Below, piece by piece: positions 1 to 8,945 of a stretch of DNA of 58,215 nt. Positions within the stretch are counted from its first letter, which is position 1. Each line of letters begins with the position of its first letter. The DNA comes from an uncultured Candidatus Saccharibacteria bacterium. GTDB lineage: Bacteria > Patescibacteriota > Saccharimonadia > Saccharimonadales > UBA4665. Made by a program: the position numbers and the translations under genes. The notes under the pieces were generated by a model that saw only the letters and a program-made list of their open reading frames with translations, searched no databases and had not been told where the DNA came from. Location of the stretch: contig CAYZFT010000001.1 of assembly GCA_964477925.1 (NCBI GenBank), forward strand, positions 1-58,215, given 5' to 3'.

Positions 1-20
1 CCGATTGCCGGGATGAAAAC

Positions 21-235
21 CCGATTTCCTAACCGTTAGAAGATGGGGCCAGGTCAACCACTCTCGTATTATAGTGTTAACGAGAGCTAAATTGTAAAGG
101 TGACGGTTAGGAAATCCGATTTCCTAGCCACGTTCCGCGGCCCCGTAACTTCGCTGCAGGCAACCTAGTTGCCGCCGGAAGATTCCCTTGCACATTGCCA
201 CCGGCAATGCTCACGTTAGAAGATGGGGCCAGGTC
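21..235. repeat. nested direct/inverted repeat cluster at window edge
   Basis: Exact 22-mer cgttagaagatggggccaggtc at 34-55 and 214-235. ccgatttccta at 21-31 and 116-126. Perfect 19-nt palindrome taggaaatc-c-gatttccta at 108-126. Hairpins at 61-86, 159-173 and 193-209. Confidence 0.8.
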
Positions 236-314
236 GCTACGCTCCAATTTTCATTTGACAATATTCAATTTTCAATTGGAAAAAGCAACTGCAATAGTTT
301 AGCATAACGGGGGT

Positions 315-350
315 AAAAAGAAAACCCCTTGTACCAGTGGTAACAAGAGG
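315..350 (-). terminator. intrinsic terminator-like hairpin plus U-run, read on the minus strand
   Basis: Minus strand reads cctcttgttaccactggtacaagggg followed by ttttcttttt, a ~12-bp stem. The plus strand has no U-run after the stem. Confidence 0.55.
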
Positions 351-485
351 CTTCAAAAAGTTGAGCGGTCAGTCACGAGCTCTCCAACTATGCCGTGCAT
401 TGTAGCACAACTAGCCGTAAAATACCAGCGTGAATTTGGTAGTCTACATTACAGACTTCATAGGGTTGGGGCGTATAGTGAGGGT

Positions 486-836
486 ATGCAACAGATAGAG
501 CATAGTACTTTGAGGGACATGCCAAAGACCAGAGGAGGGCGGTGGGCGTTCGGGCTGAGTTTGGGCGCGATGCTGAGCGGCCCACTTCTTGGCGTCTCTG
601 CGGCCGTTTTGGTGCCTTTTGTACAAAATGCGGTCGGTGACACTGCGTCGACTATTTTTGGCTCTGCAGTAGCTGTAGTGGTCGTGGGCGCCTTTATCGC
701 TGCCTTGGTGCTGAGTCTCAAGGCATTTCGCAGCGGCGAAAGGTCGTGGGCGGTCTGGTTTGCGCTCTTTGTATCGTGCCTCATCGCTTGTTTTTGGGCC
801 TTTATGCTCGTTGGCGAGCTTGTGTCGCCCCACTAG
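486..836 (+). CDS. hypothetical small membrane protein (3 predicted TM helices)
   Basis: ORF 390-836. Hydrophobic segments WAFGLSLGAMLSGPLLGVSAAVLVPFV, IFGSAVAVVVVGAFIAALVLSL and AVWFALFVSCLIACFWAFMLVG. ATG 486 is preferred because TATAGT (474-479) lies 6 nt upstream. The start is uncertain; 390 and 519 are alternatives. Confidence 0.55.
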   Translation: MQQIEHSTLRDMPKTRGGRWAFGLSLGAMLSGPLLGVSAAVLVPFVQNAVGDTASTIFGSAVAVVVVGAFIAALVLSLKAFRSGERSWAVWFALFVSCLIACFWAFMLVGELVSPH

Positions 837-957
837 CCTGATTGTATACTCGCTATTGGATACAAGACTAGCGTGGTGTCGGCTACTTTTCTCAATATAC
901 CCTAACCAACGTGCATACGGTTGCACGTGGGCGAGATAACAGATATACTACATAGCT

Positions 958-2391
958 ATGACAAAACAACCCATCATTCCAGTAGAACAGTACAAACACA
1001 CTAAAATTCTCGCGACTATCGGCCCAGTAACCGACACATACGAGCAAATCAAAGCCCTCATTGAGGCGGGTGCTAATGGCATCCGGCTCAATTTTAGCCA
1101 TGGTGGCCACGAAGAGCGCATCGGGCAGATTCAAACTATCCGCAAGATTAGCAAAGAGCTTGGCAAACCGGTTGCAATCGTGCAGGACCTGCAGGGCCCC
1201 AAGATCCGCCTTGGCGATTTTGACGATGTCATCCCCGTGCAAGCTGGTCAAGAGTTGCGTTTCAAATATGGTGCTAAGTGGCCAGAAGACGGCATCATCC
1301 CAATTCAGTATGACCTCAGTACTAAAGTGCACCGCGGCGAGCGTCTGTACCTGTTTGACGGTAAAGTTCGCACCAAAATTACCAATGTTAAAGACGGCGT
1401 CGTCTACGCCCGTGCCGACAACGATGGTATTTTGCTCAAGCGTAAGGGTATGAACCTGCCTGACACCAACTTTGGTGGCGACGTCATAACCGAAAAAGAC
1501 AAAGCTGACCTCGCCTTTGGCTGTACGCAAGACATCGACTATGTGGCCATGAGCTTCATTCATAGTGCCGAAGATATTGAACAAATGCGCATTCTTATCA
1601 AAAACCACAATGTTGAGCGCAAAATCATCGCCAAGATTGAAACAAGCTTTGCAATCGAAAACCTTGACAGTATTATGCAGGCTACCGATGCAGCGATGGT
1701 TGCACGTGGCGACATGGCAGTCGAAGTTGACCTCGAGAGCGTGCCGGTTGTGCAGCGTCGTATCATCAACCTCGGCCTCAAGTATGCCAAGCCGACCATT
1801 GTGGCAACCCAGATGCTCGGCAGCATGACAGACATGCCAGAGCCAACTCGTGCCGAAGTCTCGGATGTCGCAACCGCCGTTTTCCTTGGTGCCGACGCCG
1901 TCATGTTGAGCGAAGAAACCGCCATGGGTAAATACCCAATCGAGGCGGTCAAGGTCATGAAGCGCATCATCAAGTTTGCACAGAGCAACCAAGGTGTCGT
2001 TGGCTTTAACTTCGTTGACGATGTCGCCAAAGACGCATCGCGCCAAGTTTCGATTAGCCGTGCTGTCATTCGCTTGGCCGAGAGCATCCATGCCCGTGCC
2101 ATTGTGGCCGAGACCAAATCGGGCTCGACAGTACTCAATATCGCCTCGCTACGCCCAGACATGCCTATTATCGCGGTAACGGACCAACTACGAACGGCGC
2201 AGCAACTGGCGCTCGTTTTTAATGTAAAGAGCTTTGTGCGACCTGTTAGCAAGACTGCGGCTGGCAAATTGACTGATTTCTTGCGCGGCGAACGTGTATT
2301 TGAAAAAGGTGACATTATCGTATCGGTGAGCGGGCAGTACCCCGGCGTTGTCGGCACAACTGACACCATCAAGGTACGTCAGCTCGACTGA
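958..2391 (+). CDS. pyk: pyruvate kinase
   Basis: 477 aa. N-terminus TKILATIGPVTDTYEQIKALIEAGANGIRLNFSHG and DLQGPKIRLG are classic pyruvate kinase motifs. TATACT at 944-949 lies 8 nt before the ATG. Confidence 0.95.
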   Translation: MTKQPIIPVEQYKHTKILATIGPVTDTYEQIKALIEAGANGIRLNFSHGGHEERIGQIQTIRKISKELGKPVAIVQDLQGPKIRLGDFDDVIPVQAGQELRFKYGAKWPEDGIIPIQYDLSTKVHRGERLYLFDGKVRTKITNVKDGVVYARADNDGILLKRKGMNLPDTNFGGDVITEKDKADLAFGCTQDIDYVAMSFIHSAEDIEQMRILIKNHNVERKIIAKIETSFAIENLDSIMQATDAAMVARGDMAVEVDLESVPVVQRRIINLGLKYAKPTIVATQMLGSMTDMPEPTRAEVSDVATAVFLGADAVMLSEETAMGKYPIEAVKVMKRIIKFAQSNQGVVGFNFVDDVAKDASRQVSISRAVIRLAESIHARAIVAETKSGSTVLNIASLRPDMPIIAVTDQLRTAQQLALVFNVKSFVRPVSKTAAGKLTDFLRGERVFEKGDIIVSVSGQYPGVVGTTDTIKVRQLD

Positions 2392-2393
2392 TT

Positions 2394-2447
2394 AACCCGA
2401 ACTCGACATACGTGTCGGGTTCTTAAGGGAAGGGCTCGCCTTTTTCA
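2394..2447 (+). terminator. two-hairpin module downstream of pyk (terminator-like); related copy at 49703-49755
   Basis: aactcgaca-tacg-tgtcgggtt is a 9-bp stem. It is followed by gggaagggctcgcc and ttttt. Confidence 0.45.
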
Positions 2448-2671
2448 GTACAGGTATCGGTTTGAATCCGTTGCCTGCTCTAAAGTGCAGTTTTTGCTTC
2501 GTTCGCCCATGGGTTCATAAGCAGTGGTGATTACGTCGGGTTGGGGTCGAAAAGAGTCGAAAAAAGAGTTTATCGTTTGTGGGTTTTGGGTTATAGTGAA
2601 GGGCATACGGTTTGCAAGTGTTACGGGTGTTTGTGCCGACGCTGGCAATAGCCGCTAACCTAAGGTGGGCC

Positions 2672-3967
2672 ATGGGTTTTACGAAAAAGACGATTAGAGA
2701 CATAGATATTGCCGGCAAGCGGCTGCTAATACGGGTGGATTATAGTGTTGAGATTGACGCGCAGGGCGAGGTTGTTGATGACGCCAAGATTCGTGCCACT
2801 CTGCCGACCATACGCTATGCACTCGAGCAAGGTGCGGCGATTGTGCTGTGTTCGCACCTTGGTAGACCAGAGGGCGAGCCCAAACCCGAGCTAAGTCTTT
2901 TCCCGGTTGCCAAACGGCTGAGAATCTTACTCGAACATGAGGTTGAGTTTGTGCCAGAGTGTGTCGGTGAGCGGGCCGAAAAGGTAGCCGGCGGCGCTCA
3001 GCCTGGCCAAGTGGTGCTACTCGAGAACCTACGTTTTGATACTCGCGAAGAAGCTAATGATGACGGCTTTGCGGCAGAGCTAGCCAAACTGGCTGATGTT
3101 TTTGTGCAAGACGGTTTTGCCGTGACATACCGCACACATGCCAGCGTCGATGCCATTTCGCATCACATACAAAGTGTGGCTGGGCTATTACTCGAACGTG
3201 AAGTGTCAGAACTAAGCGATATTTATAGTAACAATATGGCGCTGCCTTGTCTCGTCATCGTTGGGGGCACCAGCCTGACCGAAAAGATTCACGTTATTGA
3301 ACGGGCTATCGCAAAAGCCGATGTATTGGTACTGGGTGGGTCGCTTGCTACGGTGTTTTTGCATGAAATGGGCGTCAAGACAGGCAAGAGCCCGATTACA
3401 GATGCCGATGCACCACTCGCTCGTGAGCTGCTCGACCGGGCTCGTGACCAGCGACGGGAACGTGGCTTTACACTCATCGTGCCGCAGGATGCAGTGGTTG
3501 CAAAACACGATGATAGTATGGCCGACTTGCGCATAGTCGACTGGAGTACGCAGGTTTTTGCCGACATTGAGGCGTATCCGAAACGTGTAGCACATGAGGC
3601 AAGCCAGACGGCCGATGATGAGCTAATTCTTGACATTGGTCCGTTTACGGGTGCCTACGTTGGTGGGATGGTCCAGTTCGCTGGTACGGTTGTGTGGAGC
3701 GGTGTGCTCGGTGATATCACGACGCCGGGCCATAGCAACCCAGTTGGGCCATTTGCGCACGGCAGTGAGCTGATGATTGAGGCGCTGACGGGTCAGTTTG
3801 GCCGCAAACCTCCTTGCGTTGTCGTCGCGGGCGATGACACGGCAAATTTTATCCGTAGCCGTGGCATGACTGATGCATTTGATTTTATATCGACCGGCGG
3901 TGGCGCAAGTACTGAGCTACTTGGCGGGCGTTCATTAGTCGGCGTCGACGTGCTGGAGGACATATGA
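2672..3967 (+). CDS. pgk: phosphoglycerate kinase
   Basis: Contains KRLLIRVDYSV, CSHLGRPEG, VLLENLRFD and STGGGASTELL. ATG 2672 is preceded by the SD-like aaggtggg. The ORF track starts earlier, at 2612. Confidence 0.93.
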   Translation: MGFTKKTIRDIDIAGKRLLIRVDYSVEIDAQGEVVDDAKIRATLPTIRYALEQGAAIVLCSHLGRPEGEPKPELSLFPVAKRLRILLEHEVEFVPECVGERAEKVAGGAQPGQVVLLENLRFDTREEANDDGFAAELAKLADVFVQDGFAVTYRTHASVDAISHHIQSVAGLLLEREVSELSDIYSNNMALPCLVIVGGTSLTEKIHVIERAIAKADVLVLGGSLATVFLHEMGVKTGKSPITDADAPLARELLDRARDQRRERGFTLIVPQDAVVAKHDDSMADLRIVDWSTQVFADIEAYPKRVAHEASQTADDELILDIGPFTGAYVGGMVQFAGTVVWSGVLGDITTPGHSNPVGPFAHGSELMIEALTGQFGRKPPCVVVAGDDTANFIRSRGMTDAFDFISTGGGASTELLGGRSLVGVDVLEDI

Positions 3968-4046
3968 TACCGACATTCGCGCTCATTGACCGCTTCGCAA
4001 ACCAGGGACAGTTTTGGTACACTGTAGTCAAGAAAGCACAAGCACT

Positions 4047-4856
4047 ATGACAACAGATAAAAAACTCCTCGTCGTTGGCAATTGGAAAATGAACCTGACC
4101 GTACACCAGTCAAGTATATTGGTGCATCGCTTGCACCAGCACATCACAGCGCACCGTACCGTTGAGGTAGTGCTGGCACCGTCGATGCTTGCACTGCAGC
4201 CGATTAGTCTCGAGATAGACCGTCGTAGGTTTCGGCTCTGTGCGCAAGATGCGTACCACAAAGATGAGGGACCATACACGGGCGAAGTCAGCTTTGCGAT
4301 GCTCCATGACCTCGTACATTATGCGCTCGTTGGCCATTCTGCTCGGCGGCTCTATTTTGGTGAAGGTCTTGACACCGTGTGCGACAAGGTGCAAGCAGCA
4401 GTACGCAATGACATTGAGCCAATTATTTGTGTTGGCGAGACACGGACCGAGCGTGAAGCGGGCGAGACCAACCAGGTGTTGCACGACCAGATTGTGACTG
4501 CACTGATGAACCTCACGAGTCGCGACATCGAGCATGTCGTCATTGCATATGAACCAATCTGGGCTATCTCGACATTTGATGGTATGGTGGCAAAACCACA
4601 TGAAGCCGAGGAGGCAATCAAGTTTATTCGCATGCAAGTACGTGAGTTGTATGGCGAAAAAGCGGCGCGTGAAATGCGCGTACTTTACGGCGGAAGTGTC
4701 AATGAATTCGACGTGCGCAGCTATCTTGAGCTACCCGAAGTCGACGGAGTTTTGGTTGGGGCAGCGAGTCTTAATTATTCGCAGTTTGCCGCCATCGTCG
4801 CAATCGCTCATCAAGTACAACTTACCAGGAAAGTAACAGTACATCATGCCAGATAA
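4047..4856 (+). CDS. tpiA: triosephosphate isomerase
   Basis: Contains LVVGNWKMN, VGHSARR, CVGE, IAYEPIWAI and YGGSV. ATG 4047 gives the canonical N-terminus. The ORF track start is 4014. Confidence 0.93.
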   Translation: MTTDKKLLVVGNWKMNLTVHQSSILVHRLHQHITAHRTVEVVLAPSMLALQPISLEIDRRRFRLCAQDAYHKDEGPYTGEVSFAMLHDLVHYALVGHSARRLYFGEGLDTVCDKVQAAVRNDIEPIICVGETRTEREAGETNQVLHDQIVTALMNLTSRDIEHVVIAYEPIWAISTFDGMVAKPHEAEEAIKFIRMQVRELYGEKAAREMRVLYGGSVNEFDVRSYLELPEVDGVLVGAASLNYSQFAAIVAIAHQVQLTRKVTVHHAR

Positions 4857-5610
4857 AAGCTCAGCCCCCCCGCTCGTTATGGATATCACTCATCCCAGAG
4901 ATGTTCGGCCATCATCGACCTCAAAACCGGTTATTGTTACCAATCGTCCAATGATTGCCGAAGACCCCATGATTTCCCAAGCGGCACGTGAAGCCGTCGA
5001 TAAGGATTTTGACCAGCCGTCGGGTGCGCCGAGTGCACCACTTGTGCCTCCAGATGAGTCTACGGTAGATCGTCGGGCTAAGACTATTAAACCGATTGCA
5101 TTTAGTCATGACCAAGAAACTGTGGCGGAGCTAGATTCGCCAAGTTTTGAACCTGAGATAGCTCTTGAAACAGATATTACGAGCGAGGATGAACTTTCCA
5201 AGCCAGAAGTTGCTGAGGAAGTGCCGATGGAACCTACAAAGACGCCAGACAGCCCCGCCGCAGGGGGAAGCTTACAACCGGTACCTGCCGAGCACGCACC
5301 CGCTTTGCAGGTTGCAGATAGGCCGGTTGAAGGCACGATAGCCGGCTTGACCGTAGATGAGCCCGACACTGATGAAGACGGTGAGTCGCGGCCCGAAACA
5401 CCCGAAGAAAAACATTCACATGATTTAGAGGCGCACGTTACGAAAGGCACATACTTCGTGCCAATCAACCAGGTTGGCAAACGTCGCAGTCGTATTGTAC
5501 TCACCATCATATTCTGTGTTATTTTGGTGTTGATTACGTTCGACCTGCTCCTCGACATGGGCATACTCAAGCTATCGGGCGTCCCTCACACTACTTTCTT
5601 CTCGATTTAG
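4846..5610 (+). CDS. hypothetical acidic Pro/Glu-rich protein with C-terminal TM anchor
   Basis: 254 aa. Low-complexity P/E/D/A-rich body with a C-terminal IVLTIIFCVILVLITFDLLL. The start overlaps the tpiA stop by 11 nt. Confidence 0.6.
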   Translation: MPDKSSAPPLVMDITHPRDVRPSSTSKPVIVTNRPMIAEDPMISQAAREAVDKDFDQPSGAPSAPLVPPDESTVDRRAKTIKPIAFSHDQETVAELDSPSFEPEIALETDITSEDELSKPEVAEEVPMEPTKTPDSPAAGGSLQPVPAEHAPALQVADRPVEGTIAGLTVDEPDTDEDGESRPETPEEKHSHDLEAHVTKGTYFVPINQVGKRRSRIVLTIIFCVILVLITFDLLLDMGILKLSGVPHTTFFSI

Positions 5611-5675
5611 TTAATCCCCCTTACGATTTCATACGAAAAGACACGGCAGCCGCTCTATCGTGTAGAATAGTACGA

Positions 5676-8600
5676 GTGCAGAACGAACATATTTTGACGG
5701 GATTGAACCCAGAACAGCGGCGGGCGGTCGAGACGACTGAAGGGCCATTGCTGATTCAGGCTGGGGCGGGCAGTGGCAAGACAAAAACACTGACGCATCG
5801 CATCGCCTACCTCATCCAAACAAGTCAGGCAACACCATATAGCATTCTTGCAGTAACTTTCACCAACAAAGCTGCCCGCGAGATGCGTGAGCGCGTCGCG
5901 GCACTACTCGGTCAGGCGGCGGACAATCGGGGTTTTATGCCCTACATGGGTACGTTCCACTCCATTTGCGTGCGGTTGCTCCGCATGGACGGCGAGCATA
6001 TTGGCATACCGCGCAGTTTTGTGATATTTGACGAGTCAGACCGTCAGGCAGCTGTGAAGCGCATTAGCAGAGAACTGCATATCGACGACAAGGCATTCCC
6101 CGCGCGTATCATCGCTAGCCTCATTAGCAGTGCCAAGAACGACCTCATCGACCCGGCTGAGTATGCTGAGCGTGCCGGCTCACCCGCAGAGCAAGTCACG
6201 GCGCAGGTCTATCCGCGCTACCAAAAAGCATTACATGAGGCCAAGGCGCTCGATTTTGACGACCTCATTGGCCGGACTGTTGAATTACTTACAGGTAATA
6301 AAGTAGTCCGTGACAAGTGGCGGCAGCAATTTAGCCACATCATGATTGACGAATACCAAGATACTAACGCTGCTCAGTACAAACTGGTGCAGCTATTGAT
6401 TGGTTCGCACAAAAACATTGCAGTTGTTGGTGATGATTGGCAGTGTCTCCCTAAGGGAGTATTAGTTAAAACACCAAAAGGCCAAGTGGCTATTGAGGAC
6501 ATAGCACAGGGTGATGCTGTAATGGCAGCCAGTGGTTATGGTCATACACATGAGGCACGGGTCTCGAGCCGAAAGGAATTTGATTATGACGGGGAGCTTA
6601 TTAGGCTTACGACTGCGAGTGGTATTGTAACCCGCGCCACCCCCAACCACCTCCTTTTTGGCCGTTTTGAAAGCACTGACAGGTACCTTGTCTATTTGAT
6701 GTATGCATCAGCAAAAGGCTTTCGCATCGGGATAGCGAAAGGTACGCGGTACGATGGTCGCAAAGATGACATAGGTTTACGGGTGCGTGCGAACCAAGAA
6801 CGTGCCGAGCGCATGTGGGTACTAGAGACGTGTGCTACGAAGCAAGATGCACAGTATTATGAGGCACTCTATGCTTATCGATATGGTATACCAATGATGG
6901 TGTTTCATGCATATGCAAACCGTTCGATGGCTTTAACGCAGAAACATATTGATACGCTCTACGCTGGCATTGATACCGTTACGCGTGCGCATGAGCTTAT
7001 GCGAGAGCTCGGTATCGATTTTGATTATCCGCATTTTTTGCCTCAAGCAACTACTCGTGGCGAAATAAAGCGCGCCAACGTGAACGTCGTACTTTTTGGC
7101 GACAAACGTAAAACGACAAGTAGCCCGTGGTCAGCAAGCCGCCTTTCAGTCAACACTACTGACAGTGGGCTTCTTGAAACATTTCGTGCCGCAGGATATA
7201 GCGTGCGGACGGCTAGGGCAGGCACATGGCGCGTGGAGTTGCATAATCTTGACTATGGCACGATTGAAGCGGCGCTTGAAGTGCTTGATGCTCGCAAAAT
7301 AACGGTTAGTCGCTATGCATTTATGACCGACCAAAAATTCATATTTCTTCCAGCTAGCCAATTTCACGTTGGTATGTCGGTGCCAATCGAGCAGGGGGGG
7401 CGTATTATAGGGGACAAAATTGTTAGGGTTGAGCGAGTGGCATATGTTGGCAAAGTGTATGATCTTGATGTCGAGAAAGTACATAATTATCTCGCAGAAG
7501 GCATGGTCGTGCATAATAGCATTTATAGCTGGCGAGGGGCTGATTTTCGCAATATTTTGCGTTTTGAGCGGGATTATCCTGATTGTACTGTTATAAAACT
7601 CGAGCAAAATTACCGCAGCACGCGACACATTCTCGATGCGGCACATGGTGTCGTAGCTCGCAACCAAAATCGCAGCGACAAAAAGTTGTGGACTGAAGCC
7701 GGCGATGGCCGCCCCGTGCAGGTGCGACAGGTCATGACCGAGCGTGCCGAAGCTGAGGCGATTGTGCGTGCTGTCAAAACGGGTGTCGATGCGGACGTGC
7801 GCCGGTTTAAAGACTTTGCCGTACTGTACCGCACCAATGCTCAGAGCCGCGCCGTCGAGGAAACATTTATGCAGTACGGCATTCCCTACCGCGTGGTCGG
7901 CGGCCAGCGTTTTTATGACCGCAAAGAAATCAAAGACCTCATGGCATATCTGCGACTCATCTATCAGCCAGATGACCGGGTCAGTTTTGAGCGAATTGTC
8001 AATGTGCCAACGCGCGGCGTCGGTGCCAAGAGCCTTGAGAATTTCAATGGCTGGGCGGCAGCAAATGGCTTGACCATGGGCGACGCACTCGACCGAGCCA
8101 GTGAATGTGATAGCCTGAAGGGTAAAGCGATGACAGGGCTCGTTGAGCTATCGGCGACTGTGCGTGATTTTCGAGTACAAGCCGAAACGATGCTACCCGA
8201 TGAGCTCATCGAAAAACTTGTCCAAAAAATTGGCTACCTGCAGTTTCTCGAAGACGGTACCGCACAGGGTGAGAGCAAGCAAGAAAACGTTCGTGAGCTG
8301 ATTGGTGTAGCGCAGGCATATCAAGCGGTTGGTTTAAGCGGTTTTCTTGAGGAGGTCGCGCTCGTGACCGACCTCGACAATGCTAATTTTGGTGACAATG
8401 TTGTCACCCTTATGACGCTGCACGCAGCCAAGGGGCTCGAATTCCCGGTTGTCTTTATGATTGGGATGGAAGAAACCATTTTCCCGCATAGCCGCGCACT
8501 CTACGACCAAAGCGAAATGGAAGAAGAACGGCGCCTCTGTTATGTTGGCATGACACGCGCCCGTGAGGAGCTGTACCTGCTTCACGCAGCTGGCCGGTCG

Positions 8601-8945
8601 CTATACGGTGGCTTGCAACATAACATCCCGAGCCGCTTTATTGGCGAGATTGCCGGTGAACACGTTGAGCAACAAACACTAATGCCGAGTTTTGGGCGTG
8701 CAAACATGGGCGAAGCTGATGGCTATGATGACTTTGCACAAGTTTCGCCAGGCGATGATTTTGCAGCGCCTGTCGACAACGAGCCACGCTATGTGCCTGA
8801 TTTTGCCGAAGGTGACGGGGTGAGCCACCAGCTTTTTGGCGAAGGGACGATTGTCGAGCTCAGCGGAGATATTGCTGCCATATATTTTAAAGGGAAGGGG
8901 CTCAAAAAACTGAATGTTGCCTTCGCGCCCCTCAAGAAATTATGA
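5676..8945 (+). CDS. pcrA: ATP-dependent DNA helicase UvrD/PcrA, interrupted by an intein
   Basis: Contains Walker A AGAGSGKT, DEYQDTN, VGDDWQ / SIYSWRGAD (motif III split by the insert), QNYRS, TLHAAKGLEF and YVGMTRA. The exteins total 731 aa. GTG start. Confidence 0.93.
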   Translation: MQNEHILTGLNPEQRRAVETTEGPLLIQAGAGSGKTKTLTHRIAYLIQTSQATPYSILAVTFTNKAAREMRERVAALLGQAADNRGFMPYMGTFHSICVRLLRMDGEHIGIPRSFVIFDESDRQAAVKRISRELHIDDKAFPARIIASLISSAKNDLIDPAEYAERAGSPAEQVTAQVYPRYQKALHEAKALDFDDLIGRTVELLTGNKVVRDKWRQQFSHIMIDEYQDTNAAQYKLVQLLIGSHKNIAVVGDDWQCLPKGVLVKTPKGQVAIEDIAQGDAVMAASGYGHTHEARVSSRKEFDYDGELIRLTTASGIVTRATPNHLLFGRFESTDRYLVYLMYASAKGFRIGIAKGTRYDGRKDDIGLRVRANQERAERMWVLETCATKQDAQYYEALYAYRYGIPMMVFHAYANRSMALTQKHIDTLYAGIDTVTRAHELMRELGIDFDYPHFLPQATTRGEIKRANVNVVLFGDKRKTTSSPWSASRLSVNTTDSGLLETFRAAGYSVRTARAGTWRVELHNLDYGTIEAALEVLDARKITVSRYAFMTDQKFIFLPASQFHVGMSVPIEQGGRIIGDKIVRVERVAYVGKVYDLDVEKVHNYLAEGMVVHNSIYSWRGADFRNILRFERDYPDCTVIKLEQNYRSTRHILDAAHGVVARNQNRSDKKLWTEAGDGRPVQVRQVMTERAEAEAIVRAVKTGVDADVRRFKDFAVLYRTNAQSRAVEETFMQYGIPYRVVGGQRFYDRKEIKDLMAYLRLIYQPDDRVSFERIVNVPTRGVGAKSLENFNGWAAANGLTMGDALDRASECDSLKGKAMTGLVELSATVRDFRVQAETMLPDELIEKLVQKIGYLQFLEDGTAQGESKQENVRELIGVAQAYQAVGLSGFLEEVALVTDLDNANFGDNVVTLMTLHAAKGLEFPVVFMIGMEETIFPHSRALYDQSEMEEERRLCYVGMTRAREELYLLHAAGRSLYGGLQHNIPSRFIGEIAGEHVEQQTLMPSFGRANMGEADGYDDFAQVSPGDDFAAPVDNEPRYVPDFAEGDGVSHQLFGEGTIVELSGDIAAIYFKGKGLKKLNVAFAPLKKL
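6444..7517 (+). mobile_element. intein (358 aa) inserted in helicase motif III
   Basis: Begins with Cys (CLPKGVLVKTPKG). TPNH fits block B. Ends VYDLDVEKVHNYLAEGMVVHN, followed by the +1 Ser of SIYSWRGA. Removal restores VGDDWQSIYSWRGAD in frame. Confidence 0.9.

Noticed and set aside
34-235. Possible CRISPR array or 5S rRNA at the window start
   Set aside because: There are only two copies of the 22-mer with a 158-nt spacer, which is too long and too few for CRISPR. The minus-strand CCTGGCCCCAT resembles 5S helix II/loop B, but the other 5S landmarks (CCGAAC, GAAGTGAAAC, AGTAGG) are absent.
444-926. 160-aa basic minus-strand ORF with a -10-like box 7 nt before a GTG and a downstream terminator
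   Set aside because: The peptide is R/K/H/P-rich low-complexity, typical of the antisense of a membrane-protein gene. The plus-strand frame gives three clean TM helices. It is kept only as an open question under the terminator finding.
892-2091. 399-aa minus-strand ORF, the longest of many antisense ORFs in the track
   Set aside because: It is opposite the unmistakable pyruvate kinase frame. The sequence is low-information and shows no motifs, so it is a shadow ORF. The same reasoning applies to the other long antisense or alternate-frame ORFs: 1560-2372, 7146-7667, 22168-22713, 28923-29522, 32962-33693, 46427-47065, 54682-55278 and others.
2440-2480. T-loop-like ggtttgaatcc suggesting a tRNA between pyk and pgk
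   Set aside because: The flanking bases do not form a T-stem (atcgg versus ccgtt). No acceptor, D or anticodon arm can be drawn.
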